DNA of 64,000 nucleotides from NCBI GenBank assembly GCA_964016885.1, contig OZ024740.1:251100001-251164000 (forward strand). Reading direction: 5' to 3'. Of the stretch, positions 35,301 to 48,952 are shown piece after piece. The notes beneath the pieces are model-generated. The model was not told the origin of the DNA. It ran no database searches and worked only from the letters and a program-made list of their open reading frames with translations. The position numbers were made by a program, and so were the translations under genes. Origin of the DNA: Eledone cirrhosa. Its lineage: Eukaryota. Each line of letters begins with the position of its first letter. Position 1 is the first letter of the stretch.

Positions 35301-38300
35301 AAAAATCAATTTTTGAAATATTTCGAAAAGTAGAAAAAAATTGATTATTTTAGGTTTTTCGAAAAATAGAATATTTTAGGTTTTTGATCAAAAAAATCAA
35401 TTTTTTAAATATTTCGAAAAGTAGAAAAAAATTGATTATTTTAGGTTTTTCGAAAAATAGAATATTTTAGGTTTTTGATCAAAAAAATCAATTTTTGAAA
35501 TATTTCGAAAAGTAGAAAAAAATTGATTATTTTAGGTTTTTCGAAAAATAGAATATTTTAGGTTTTTGATCAAAAAAATCAATTTTTGAAATATTTCGAA
35601 AAGTAGAAAAAAATTGATTATTTTAGGTTTTTCGAAAAATTTCGAAAAGTAGAAAAAAATTGATTATTTTAGGTTTTTCGAAAAATAGAATATTTTAGGT
35701 TTTTGATCAAAAAAATCAATTTTTTAAATATTTCGAAAAGTAGAAAAAAATTGATTATTTTAGGTTTTTCAAAAAATTTCGAAAAGTAGAAAAAAATTGA
35801 TTATTTTAGGTTTTTCGAAAAATAGAATATTTTAGGTTTTTGATCAAAAAAATCAATTTTTTAAATATTTCGAAAAGTAGAAAAAATTTGATTATTTTAG
35901 GTTTTTCGAAAAATAGAATATTTTAGGTTTTTGATCAAAAAAATCAATTTTTTAAATATTTCGAAAAGTAGAAAAAAATTGATTATTTTAGGTTTTTCGA
36001 AAAATAGAATATTTTAGGTTTTTGATCAAAAAAATCAATTTTTTAAATATTTCGAAAAGTAGAAAAAATTTGATTATTTTAGGTTTTTCGAAAAATAGAA
36101 TATTTTAGGTTTTTGATCAAAAAAATCAATTTTTTAAAGATTTCGAAAAGTAGAAAAAAATTGATTATTTTAGGTTTTTCGAAAAATAGAATATTTTAGG
36201 TTTTTGATCAAAAAAATCAATTTTTGAAATATTTCGAAAAGTAGAAAAAAATTGATTATTTTAGGTTTTTCGAAAAATTTCGAAAAGTAGAAAAAAATTG
36301 ATTATTTTAGGTTTTTCGAAAAATAGAATATTTTAGGTTTTTGATCAAAAAAATCAATTTTTTAAAGATTTCGAAAAGTAGAAAAAAATTGATTATTTTA
36401 GGTTTTTCGAAAAATTTCGAAAAGTAGAAAAAAATTGATTATTTTAAGTTTTTCGAAAAATAGAATATTTTAGGTTTTTGATCAAAAAAATCAATTTTTG
36501 AAATATTTCGAAAAGTAGAAAAAAATTGATTATTTTAGGTTTTTCGAAAAATTTCGAAAAGTAGAAAAAAATTGATTATTTTAGGTTTTTCGAAAAATAG
36601 AATATTTTAGGTTTTTGATCAAAAAAATCAATTTTTTAAATATTTCGAAAAGTAGAAAAAAATTGATTATTTTAGGTTTTTCAAAAAATTTCGAAAAGTA
36701 GAAAAAAATTGATTATTTTAGGTTTTTCGAAAAATAGAATATTTTAGGTTTTTGATCAAAAAAATCAATTTTTTAAATATTTCGAAAAGTAGAAAAAATT
36801 TGATTATTTTAGGTTTTTCGAAAAATAGAATATTTTAGGTTTTTGATGAAAAAAATCAATTTTTTAAAGATTTCGAAAAGTAGAAAAAAATTGATTATTT
36901 TAGGTTTTTCGAAAAATAGAATATTTTAGGTTTTTGATCAAAAAAATCAATTTTTGAAATATTTCGAAAAGTAGAAAAAAATTGATTATTTTAGGTTTTT
37001 CGAAAATTTCGAAAAGTAGAAAAAAATTGATTATTTTAGGTTTTTCGAAAAATAGAATATTTTAGGTTTTTGATCAAAAAAATCAATTTTTTAAATATTT
37101 CGAAAAGTAGAAAAAAATTGATTATTTTAGGTTTTTCGAAAAATAGAATATTTTAGGTTTTTGATCAAAAAAATCAATTTTTTAAATATTTCGAAAAGTA
37201 GAAAAAAATTGATTATTTTAGGTTTTTCGAAAAATTTCGAAAAGTAGAAAAAAATTGATTATTTTACGTTTTTCGAAAAATAGAATATTTTAGGTTTTTG
37301 ATCAAAAAAATCAATTTTTTAAAGATTTCGAAAAGTAGAAAAAAATTGATTATTTTAGGTTTTTCGAAAAATTTCGAAAAGTAGAAAAAAATTGATTATT
37401 TTACGTTTTTCGAAAAATAGAATATTTTAGGTTTTTGATCAAAAAAATCAATTTTTGAAATATTTCGAAAAGTAGAAAAAAATTGATTATTTTAGGTTTT
37501 TCGAAAAATTTCGAAAAGTAGAAAAAAATTGATTATTTTAGGTTTTTCGAAAAATAGAATATTTTAGGTTTTTGATCAAAAAAATCAATTTTTGAAATAT
37601 TTCGAAAAGTAGAAAAAAATTGATTATTTTAGGTTTTTCAAAAAATTTCGAAAAGTAGAAAAAAATTGATTATTTTAGGTTTTTCGAAAAATAGAATATT
37701 TTAGGTTTTTGATCAAAAAAATCAATTTTTGAAATATTTCGAAAAGTAGAAAAAAATTGATTATTTTAGGTTTTTCGAAAAATTTCGAAAAGTAGAAAAA
37801 GATTGATTATTTTAGGTTTTTCGAAAAATAGAATATTTTAGGTTTTTGATCAAAAAAATCAATTTTTTAAATATTTCGAAAAGTAGAAAAAATTTGATTA
37901 TTTTAGGTTTTTCGAAAAATAGAATATTTTAGGTTTTTGATCAAAAAAATCAATTTTTGAAATATTTCGAAAAGTAGAAAAAAATTGATTATTTTAGGTT
38001 TTTCGAAAAATAGAATATTTTAGGTTTTTGATCAAAAAAATCAATTTTTTAAGGATTTCGAAAAGTAGAAAAAAATTGATTATTTTAGGTTTTTCGAAAG
38101 ATTTCGAAAAGTAGAAAAAAATTGATTATTTTAGGTTTTTCGAAAAATAGAATATTTTAGGTTTTTGATCAAAAAAATCAATTTTTTAAAGATTTCGAAA
38201 AGTAGAAAAAAATTGATTATTTTAGGTTTCTCGAAGAATTTCGAAAAGTAGAAAAAAATTGATTATTTTAAGTTTTTCGAAAAATAGAATATTTTAGGTT

Positions 38301-41300
38301 TTTGATCAAAAAAATCAATTTTTTAAATATTTCGAAAAGTAGAAAAAAATTGATTATTTTAGGTTTTTCGAAAAATAGAATATTTTAGGTTTTTGATCAA
38401 AAAAATCAATTTTTTAAATATTTCGAAAAGTAGAAAAAAATTGATTATTTTAGGTTTTTCGAAAAATAGAATATTTTAGGTTTTTGATCAAAAAAATCAA
38501 TTTTTGAAATATTTCGAAAAGTAGAAAAAAATTGATTATTTTAGGTTTTTCGAAAAATTTCGAAAAGTAGAAAAAAATTGATTATTTTAGGTTTTTCGAA
38601 AAATAGAATATTTTAGGTTTTTGATCAAAAAAATCAATTTTTTAAAGATTTCGAAAAGTAGAAAAAAATTGATTATTTTAGGTTTTTCGAAATATTTCGA
38701 AAAGTAGAAAAAAATTGATTATCTTAAGTTTTTCGAAAAATAGAATATTTTAGGTTTTTGATCAAAAAAATCAATTTTTGAAATATTTCGAAAAGTAGAA
38801 AAAAATTGATTATTTTAGGTTTTTCGAAAAATTTCGAAAAGTAGAAAAAAATTGATTATTTTAGGTTTTTCGAAAAATAGAATATTTTAGGTTTTTGATC
38901 AAAAAAATCAATTTTTTAAATATTTCGAAAAGTAGAAAAAAATTGATTATTTTAGGTTTTTCAAAAAATTTCGAAAAGTAGAAAAAAATTGATTATTTTA
39001 GGTTTTTCGAAAAATAGAATATTTTAGGTTTTTGATCAAAAAAATCAATTTTTTAAATATTTCGAAAAGTAGAAAAAATTTGATTATTTTAGGTTTTTCG
39101 AAAAATAGAATATTTTAGGTTTTTGATCAAAAAAATCAATTTTTTAAAGATTTCGAAAAGTAGAAAAAAATTGATTATTTTAGGTTTTTCGAAAAATAGA
39201 ATATTTTAGGTTTTTGATCAAAAAAATCAATTTTTGAAATATTTCGAAAAGTAGAAAAAAATTGATTATTTTAGGTTTTTCGAAAATTTCGAAAAGTAGA
39301 AAAAAATTGATTATTTTAGGTTTTTCGAAAAATAGAATATTTTAGGTTTTTGATCAAAAAAATCAATTTTTTAAATATTTCGAAAAGTAGAAAAAAATTG
39401 ATTATTTTAGGTTTTTCGAAAAATAGAATATTTTAGGTTTTTGATCAAAAAAATCAATTTTTGAAATATTTCGAAAAGTAGAAAAAAATTGATTATTTTA
39501 GGTTTTTCGAAAAATAGAATATTTTAGGTTTTTGATCAAAAAAATCAATTTTTTAAAGATTTCGAAAAGTAGAAAAAAATTGATTATTTTAGGTTTTTCG
39601 AAAAATTTCGAAAAGTAGAAAAAAATTGATTATTTTAGGTTTTTCGAAAAATAGAATATTTTAGGTTTTTGATCAAAAAAATCAATTTTTTAAAGATTTC
39701 GAAAAGTAGAAAAAAATTGATTATTTTAGGTTTTTCGAAAAATTTCGAAAAGTAGAAAAAAATTGATTATTTTAGGTTTTTCGAAAAATAGAATATTTTA
39801 GGTTTTTGATCAAAAAAATCAATTTTTTAAATATTCCGAAAAGTAGAAAAAATTTGATTATTTTAGGTTTTTCGAAAAATAGAATATTTTAGGTTTTTGA
39901 TCAAAAAAATCAATTTTTGAAATATTTCGAAAAGTAGAAAAAAATTGATTATTTTAGGTTTTTCGAAAAATAGAATATTTTAGGTTTTTGATCAAAAAAA
40001 TCAATTTTTTAAGGATTTCGAAAAGTAGAAAAAAATTGATTATTTTAGGTTTTTCGAAAAATTTCGAAAAGTAGAAAAAAATTGATTATTTTAGGTTTTT
40101 CGAAAAATAGAATATTTTAGGTTTTTGATCAAAAAAATCAATTTTTGAAATATTTCGAAAAGTAGAAAAAAATTGATTATTTTAGGTTTTTCGAAAAATT
40201 TCGAAAAGTAGAAAAAAATTGATTATTTTAGGTTTTTCGAAAAATAGAATATTTTAGGTTTTTGATCAAAAAAATCAATTTTTTAAATATTTCGAAAAGT
40301 AGAAAAAAATTGATTATTTTAGGTTTTTCGAAAAATAGAATATTTTAGGTTTTTGATCAAAAAAATCAATTTTTCGAAAAATTTCGAAAAGTAGAAAAAA
40401 ATTGATTATTTTAGGTTTTTCGAAAAATAGAATATTTTAGGTTTTTGATCAAAAAAATCAATTTTTTAAAGATTTCGAAAAGTAGAAAAAAATTGATTAT
40501 TTTAGGTTTCTCGAAGAATTTCGAAAAGTAGAAAAAAATTGATTATTTTAAGTTTTTCGAAAAATAGAATATTTTAGGTTTTTGATAAAAAAAATCAATT
40601 TTTGAAATATTTCGAAAAGTAGAAAAAAATTGATTATTTTAGGTTTTTCGAAAAATTTCGAAAAGTAGAAAAAAATTGATTATTTTAGGTTTTTCGAAAA
40701 ATAGAATATTTTAGGTTTTTGATCAAAAAAATCAATTTTTTAAATATTTCGAAAAGTAGAAAAAAATTGATTATTTTAGGTTTTTCAAAAAATTTCGAAA
40801 AGTAGAAAAAAATTGATTATTTTAGGTTTTTCGAAAAATAGAATATTTTAGGTTTTTGATCAAAAAAATCAATTTTTGAAATATTTCGAAAAGTAGAAAA
40901 AAATTGATTATTTTAGGTTTTTCGAAAGATTTCGAAAAGTAGAAAAAAATTGATTATTTTAGGTTTTTCGAAAAATTTCGAAAAGTAGAAAAAAATTGAT
41001 TATTTTAGGTTTTTCGAAAAATAGAATATTTTAGGTTTTTGATCAAAAAAATCAATTTTTGAAATATTTCGAAAAGTAGAAAAAAATTGATTATTTTAGG
41101 TTTTTCGAAAAATAGAATATTTTAGGTTTTTGATCAAAAAAATCAATTTTTTAAATATTTCGAAAAGTAGAAAAAATTTGATTATTTTAGGTTTTTCGAA
41201 AAATAGAATATTTTAGGTTTTTGATCAAAAAAATCAATTTTTTAAATATTTCGAAAAGTAGAAAAAAATTGATTATTTTAGGTTTTTTCGAAAAATAGAA

Positions 41301-43575
41301 TATTTTAGGTTTTTGATCAAAAAAATCAATTTTTTAAAGATTTCGAAAAGTAGAAAAAAATTGATTATTTTAGGTTTTTCTAAAAATTTCGAAAAGTAGA
41401 AAAAAATTGATTATTTTAGGTTTTTCGAAAAATAGAATATTTTAGGTTTTTGATCAAAAAAATCAATTTTTGAAATATTTCGAAAAGTAGAAAAAAATTG
41501 ATTATTTTAGGTTTTTCGAAAAATAGAATATTTTAGGTTTTTGATCAAAAAAATCAATTTTTGAAATATTTCGAAAAGTAGAAAAAAATTGATTATTTTA
41601 GGTTTTTCGAAAAATAGAATATTTTAGGTTTTTGATCAAAAAAATCAATTTTTGAAATATTTCGAAAAGTAGAAAAAAATTGATTATTTTAGGTTTTTCG
41701 AAAAATAGAATATTTTAGGTTTTTGATCAAAAAAATCAATTTTTGAAATATTTCGAAAAGTAGAAAAAAATTGATTATTTTAGGTTTTTCGAAAAATAGA
41801 ATATTTTAGGTTTTTGATCAAAAAAATCAATTTTTTAAATATTTCGAAAAGTAGAAAAAATTTGATTATTTTAGGTTTTTCGAAAAATAGAATATTTTAG
41901 GTTTTTGATCAAAAAAATCAATTTTTTAAAGATTTCGAAAAGTAGAAAAAAATTGATTATTTTAGGTTTTTCGAAAAATAGAATATTTTAGGTTTTTGAT
42001 CAAAAAAATCAATTTTTTAAAGATTTCGAAAAGTAGAAAAAAATTGATTATTTTACGTTTTTCGAAAAATAGAATATTTTAGGTTTTTGATCAAAAAAAT
42101 CAATTTTTGAAATATTTCGAAAAGTAGAAAAAAATTGATTATTTTAGGTTTTTCGAAAAATTTCGAAAAGTAGAAAAAAATTGATTATTTTAGGTTTTTC
42201 GAAAAATAGAATATTTTAGGTTTTTGATCAAAAAAATCAATTTTTTAAATATTTCGAAAAGTAGAAAAAAATTGATTATTTTAGGTTTTTCGAAAAATAG
42301 AATATTTTAGGTTTTTGATCAAAAAAATCAATTTTTTAAATATTTCGAAAAGTAGAAAAAAATTGATTATTTTAGGTTTTTCGAAAAATAGAATATTTTA
42401 GGTTTTTGATCAAAAAAATCAATTTTTTAAAGATTTCGAAAAGTAGAAAAAAATTGATTATTTTAGGTTTTTCGAAAAATTTCGAAAAGTAGAAAAAAAT
42501 TGATTATTTTAGGTTTTTCGAAAAATAGAATATTTTAGGTTTTTGATCAAAAAAATCAATTTTTTAAAGATTTCGAAAAGTAGAAAAAAATTGATTATTT
42601 TAGGTTTTTCGAAAAATTTCGAAAAGTAGAAAAAAATTGATTATTTTACGTTTTTCGAAAAATAGAATATTTTAGGTTTTTGATCAAAAAAATCAATTTT
42701 TTAAAGATTTCGAAAAGTAGAAAAAAATTGATTATTTTAGGTTTTTCGAAAAATTTCGAAAAGTAGAAAAAAATTGATTATTTTACGTTTTTCGAAAAAT
42801 AGAATATTTTAGGTTTTTGATCAAAAAAATCAATTTTTGAAATATTTCGAAAAGTAGAAAAAAATTGATTATTTTAGGTTTTTCGAAAAATTTCGAAAAG
42901 TAGAAAAAAATTGATTATTTTAGGTTTTTCGAAAAATAGAATATTTTAGGTTTTTGATCAAAAAAATCAATTTTTGAAATATTTCGAAAAGTAGAAAAAA
43001 ATTGATTATTTTAGGTTTTTCAAAAAATTTCGAAAAGTAGAAAAAAATTGATTATTTTAGGTTTTTCGAAAAATAGAATATTTTAGGTTTTTGATCAAAA
43101 AAATCAATTTTTGAAATATTTGGAAAAGTAGAAAAAAATTGATTATTTTAGGTTTTTCGAAAGATTTCGAAAAGTAGAAAAAAATTGATTATTTTAGGTT
43201 TTTCGAAAAATTTCGAAAAGTAGAAAAAAATTGATTATTTTAGGTTTTTCGAAAAATAGAATATTTTAGGTTTTTGATCAAAAAAATCAATTTTTGAAAT
43301 ATTTCGAAAAGTAGAAAAAAATTGATTATTTTAGGTTTTTCGAAAAATAGAATATTTTAGGTTTTTGATCAAAAAAATCAATTTTTTAAATATTTCGAAA
43401 AGTAGAAAAAATTTGATTATTTTAGGTTTTTCGAAAAATAGAATATTTTAGGTTTTTGATCAAAAAAATCAATTTTTTAAATATTTCGAAAAGTAGAAAA
43501 AAATTGATTATTTTAGGTTTTTCGAAAAATAGAATATTTTAGGTTTTTGATCAAAAAAATCAATTTTTTAAAGAT

Positions 43576-46500
43576 TTCGAAAAGTAGAAAAAAATTGATT
43601 ATTTTAGGTTTTTCGAAAAATTTCGAAAAGTAGAAAAAAATTGATTATTTTAGGTTTTTCGAAAAATAGAATATTTTAGGTTTTTGATCAAAAAAATCAA
43701 TTTTTTAAAGATTTCGAAAAGTAGAAAAAAATTGATTATTTTAGGTTTTTCGAAAGATTTCGAAAAGTAGAAAAAAATTGATTATTTTAGGTTTTTCGAA
43801 AAATAGAATATTTTAGGTTTTTGATCAAAAAAATCAATTTTTTAAAGATTTCGAAAAGTAGAAAAAAATTGATTATTTTAGGTTTTTCGAAAAATTTCGA
43901 AAAGTAGAAAAAAATTGATTATTTTAGGTTTTTCGAAAAAAAGAATATTTTAGGTTTTTGATCAAAAAAATCAATTTTTCAAATATTTCGAAAAGTAGAA
44001 AAAAATTGATTATTTTAGGTTTTTCAAAAAATTTCGAAAAGTAGAAAAAAATTGATTATTTTAGGTTTTTCGAAAAATAGAATATTTTAGGTTTTTGATC
44101 AAAAAAATCAATTTTTGAAATATTTCGAAAAGTAGAAAAAAATTGATTATTTTAGGTTTTTCGAAAGATTTCGAAAAGTAGAAAAAAATTGATTATTTTA
44201 GGTTTTTCAAAAAATTTCGAAAAGTAGAAAAAAATTGATTATTTTAGGTTTTTCGAAAAATAGAATATTTTAGGTTTTTGATCAAAAAAATCAATTTTTG
44301 AAATATTTCGAAAAGTAGAAAAAAATTGATTATTTTAGGTTTTTCGAAAAATAGAATATTTTAGGTTTTTGATCAAAAAAATCAATTTTTGAAATATTTC
44401 GAAAAGTAGAAAAAAATTGATTATTTTAGGTTTTTCGAAAAATTTCGAAAAGTAGAAAAAAATTGATTATTTTAGGTTTTTCGAAAAATAGAATATTTTA
44501 GGTTTTTGATCAAAAAAATCAATTTTTTAAATATTTCGAAAAGTAGAAAAAAATTGATTATTTTAGGTTTTTCGAAAAATAGAATATTTTAAGTTTTTGA
44601 TCAAAAAAATCAATTTTTTAAATATTTCGAAAAGTAGAAAAAAATTGATTATTTTAGGTTTTTCGAAAAATAGAATATTTTAGGTTTTTGATCAAAAAAA
44701 TCAATTTTTTAAATATTTCGAAAAGTAGAAAAAATTTGATTATTTTAGGTTTTTCGAAAAATAGAATATTTTAGGTTTTTGATCAAAAAAATCAATTTTT
44801 GAAATATTTCGAAAAGTAGAAAAAAATTGATTATTTTAGGTTTTTCGAAAAATAGAATATTTTAGGTTTTTGATCAAAAAAATCAATTTTTTAAATATTT
44901 CGAAAAGTAGAAAAAATTTGATTATTTTAGGTTTTTCGAAAAATAGAATATTTTAGGTTTTTGATCAAAAAAATCAATTTTTTAAATATTTCGAAAAGTA
45001 GAAAAAAATTGATTATTTTAGGTTTTTCGAAAAATAGAATATTTTAGGTTTTTGATCAAAAAAATCAATTTTTTAAAGATTTCGAAAAGTAGAAAAAAAT
45101 TGATTATTTTAGGTTTTTCTAAAGATTTCGAAAAGTAGAAAAAAATTGATTATTTTAGGTTTTTCGAAAAATAGAATATTTTAGGTTTTTGATCAAAAAA
45201 ATCAATTTTTGAAATATTTCGAAAAGTAGAAAAAAATTGATTATTTTAGGTTTTTCGAAAAATTTCGAAAAGTAGAAAAAAATTGATTATTTTAGGTTTT
45301 TCGAAAAATAGAATATTTTAGGTTTTTGATCAAAAAAATCAATTTTTTAAATATTTCGAAAAGTAGAAAAAAATTGATTATTTTAGGTTTTTCAAAAAAT
45401 TTCGAAAAGTAGAAAAAAATTGATTATTTTAGGTTTTTCGAAAAATAGAATATTTTAGGTTTTTGATCAAAAAAATCAATTTTTGAAATATTTCGAAAAG
45501 TAGAAAAAAATTGATTATTTTAGGTTTTTCGAAAGATTTCGAAAAGTAGAAAAAAATTGATTATTTTAGGTTTTTCGAAAAATTTCGAAAAGTAGAAAAA
45601 AATTGATTATTTTAGGTTTTTCGAAAAATAGAATATTTTAGGTTTTTGATCAAAAAAATCAATTTTTGAAATATTTCGAAAAGTAGAAAAAAATTGATTA
45701 TTTTAGGTTTTTCGAAAAATTTCGAAAAGTAGAAAAAAATTGATTATTTTAGGTTTTTCGAAAAATAGAATATTTTAGGTTTTTGATCAAAAAAATCAAT
45801 TTTTGAAATATTTCGAAAAGTAGAAAAAAATTGATTATTTTAGGTTTTTCGAAAAATAGAATATTTTAGGTTTTTGATCAAAAAAATCAATTTTTGAAAT
45901 ATTTCGAAAAGTAGAAAAAAATTGATTATTTTAGGTTTTTCGAAAAATAGAATATTTTAGGTTTTTGATCAAAAAAATCAATTTTTTAAATATTTCGAAA
46001 AGTAGAAAAAAATTGATTATTTTAGGTTTTTCGAAAAATTGAATGTTTTAGGTTTTTGATCAAAAAAATCAATTTTTTAAATATTTCGAAAAGTAGAAAA
46101 AAATTGATTATTTTAGGTTTTTCGAAAAATTGAATATTTTAGGTTTTTGATCAAAAAAATCAATTTTTTAAAAATTTCGAAAAGTAGAAAAAAATTGATT
46201 ATTTTAGGTTTTTTGAAAGATTTCGAAAAGTAGAAAAAAATTGATTATTTTAGGTTTTTCGAAAAATAGAATATTTTAGGTTTTTGATCAAAAAAATCAA
46301 TTTTTGAAATATTTCGAAAAGTAGAAAAAAATTGATTATTTTAGGTTTTTCGAAAAATAGAATATTTTAGGTTTTTGATCAAAAAAATCAATTTTTGAAA
46401 TATTTCGAAAAGTAGAAAAAAATTGATTATTTTAGGTTTTTCGAAAAATAGAATATTTTAGGTTTTTGATCAAAAAAATCAATTTTTTAAATATTTCGAA

Positions 46501-48952
46501 AAGTAGAAAAAAATTGATTATTTTAGGTTTTTCGAAAAATTGAATGTTTTAGGTTTTTGATCAAAAAAATCAATTTTTTAAATATTTCGAAAAGTAGAAA
46601 AAAATTGATTATTTTAGGTTTTTCGAAAAATTGAATATTTTAGGTTTTTGATCAAAAAAATCAATTTTTTAAAAATTTCGAAAAGTAGAAAAAAATTGAT
46701 TATTTTAGGTTTTTTGAAAGATTTCGAAAAGTAGAAAAAAATTGATTATTTTAGGTTTTTCGAAAAATAGAATATTTTAGGTTTTTGATCAAAAAAATCA
46801 ATTTTTGAAATATTTCGAAAAGTAGAAAAAAATTGATTATTTTAGGTTTTTCGAAAAATAGAATATTTTAGGTTTTTGATCAAAAAAATCAATTTTTTAA
46901 ATATTTCGAAAAGTAGAAAAAATTTGATTATTTTAGGTTTTTCGAAAAATAGAATATTTTAGGTTTTTGATCAAAAAAATCAATTTTTTAAATATTTCGA
47001 AAAGTAGAAAAAAATTGATTATTTTAGGTTTTTCGAAAAATAGAATATTTTAGGTTTTTGATCAAAAAAATCAATTTTTTAAAGATTTCGAAAAGTAGAA
47101 AAAAATTGATTATTTTAGGTTTTTCGAAAAATTTCGAAAAGTAGAAAAAAATTGATTATTTTAGGTTTTTCGAAAAATAGAATATTTTAGGTTTTTGATC
47201 AAAAAAATCAATTTTTGAAATATTTCGAAAAGTAGAAAAAAATTGATTATTTTAGGTTTTTCGAAATATTTCGAAAAGTAGAAAAAAATTGATTATTTTA
47301 GGTTTTTCGAAAAATAGAATATTTTAGGTTTTTGATCAAAAAAATCAATTTTTGAAATATTTCGAAAAGTAGAAAAAAATTGATTATTTTAGGTTTTTCG
47401 AAAAATTTCGAAAAATAGAAAAAAATTGATTATTTTAGGTTTTTCGAAAAATAGAATATTTTAGGTTTTTGATCAAAAAAATCAATTTTTGAAATATTTC
47501 GAAAAGTAGAAAAAAATTGATTATTTTAGGTTTTTCGAAAAATAGAATATTTTAGGTTTTTGATCAAAAAAATCAATTTTTGAAATATTTCGAGAAAAAA
47601 ATTGATTATTTTAGGTTTTTCGAAAAATTTCGAAAAGTAGAAAAAAATTGATTATTTTAGGTTTTTCGAAAAATAGAATATTTTAGGTTTTTGATCAAAA
47701 AAATCAATTTTTGAAATATTTAGAAAAGTAGAAAAAAATTGATTATTTTAGGTTTTTCGAAAAATTTCGAAAAGTAGAAAAAGATTGATTATTTTAGGTT
47801 TTTCGAAAAATAGAATATTTTAGGTTTTTGATCAAAAAAATCAATTTTTTAAATATTTCGAAAAGTAGAAAAAAATTGATTATTTTAGGTTTTTCGAAAA
47901 ATTTCGAAAAGTAGAAAAAGATTGATTATTTTAGGTTTTTCGAAAGATTTCGAAAAGTAGAAAAAAATTGATTATTTTAGGTTTTTCGAAAAATAGAATA
48001 TTTTAGGTTTTTGATCAAAAAAATCAATTTTTTAAATATTTCGAAAAGTAGAAAAAAATTGATTATTTTAGGTTTTTCGAAAAATAAAATATTTTAGGTT
48101 TTTGATCAAAAAAATCAATTTTTTAAATATTTCGAAAAGTAGAAAAAAATTGATTATTTTAGGTTTTTCGAAAAATAGAATATTTTAGGTTTTTGATCAA
48201 AAACCTAAAATATTCTATTTTTTGAAAAACCTAAAATAATCAATTTTTTTCTACTTTTCGAAATATTTCAAAAATTGATTTTTTTGATCAAAAACCTAAA
48301 ATATTTTATTTTTCGAAAAACCTAAAATAATCAATTTTTTTCTACTTTTCGAAATATTTCGAAAAACCTAAAATAATCAATTTTTTTCTACTTTTCGAAA
48401 TATTTAAAAAATTGATTTTTTTGATCAAAAACCTAAAATATTCTATTTTTCAAAAAACCTAAAATAATCAATTTTTTTCTACTTTTCGAAATATTTAAAA
48501 AATTGATTTTTTTGATCAAAAACCTAAAATATTCTATTTTTCAAAAAACCTAAAATAATCAATTTTTTTCTACTTTTCGAAATATTTCGAAAAACCTAAA
48601 ATAATCAATTTTTTTCTACTTTTCGAAATATTTAAAAAATTGATTTTTTTGATCAAAAACCTAGTATATTTATACTATTTTTAGAAAAACCTAAAATAAT
48701 CAATTTTTTTCTACTTTTCGAAATATTTCAAAAATTGATTTTTTTGATCAAAAACCTAAAATATTCTATTTTTCGAAAAACCTAAAATAATCAATTTTTT
48801 TCTACTTTTAGAAATATTTCAAAAATTGATTTTTTTGATCAAAAACCTAAAATATTCTATTTATCAAAAAACCTAAAATAATCAATTTTTTTCTACTTTT
48901 CGAAATATTTCGAAAAACCTAAAATAATCAATTTTTTTCTACTTTTCGAAAT
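43576..48952. repeat. ~5.4-kb dispersed copy of 8120-13496 (offset 35,456), spanning the strand-switch junction
   Basis: Markers at constant offset: 8300/43756, 8487/43943, 9663/45119, 12135/47591, 12740/48196, 13204/48660. Diverges at 13497/48953. Confidence 0.88.

Larger units (their letters stand above)
16930..38045. repeat. 10,556-bp tandem segmental duplication (two copies, each containing one inverted cassette)
   Basis: Constant offset 10556 for cgagaaaa (17722/28278, 19767/30323), the pivot (20372/30928) and gatgaaaa (26292/36848). Identity breaks near 27494/38050. Outer limits are approximate. Confidence 0.85.

Noticed and set aside
48100-48300. Strand switch as a fold-back read or assembly artefact
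   Set aside because: An artefact would mirror the adjacent sequence exactly. The arms differ within 30 bp of the centre, differ in long/short order and carry private variants. Copy number of the cassettes still needs read support.
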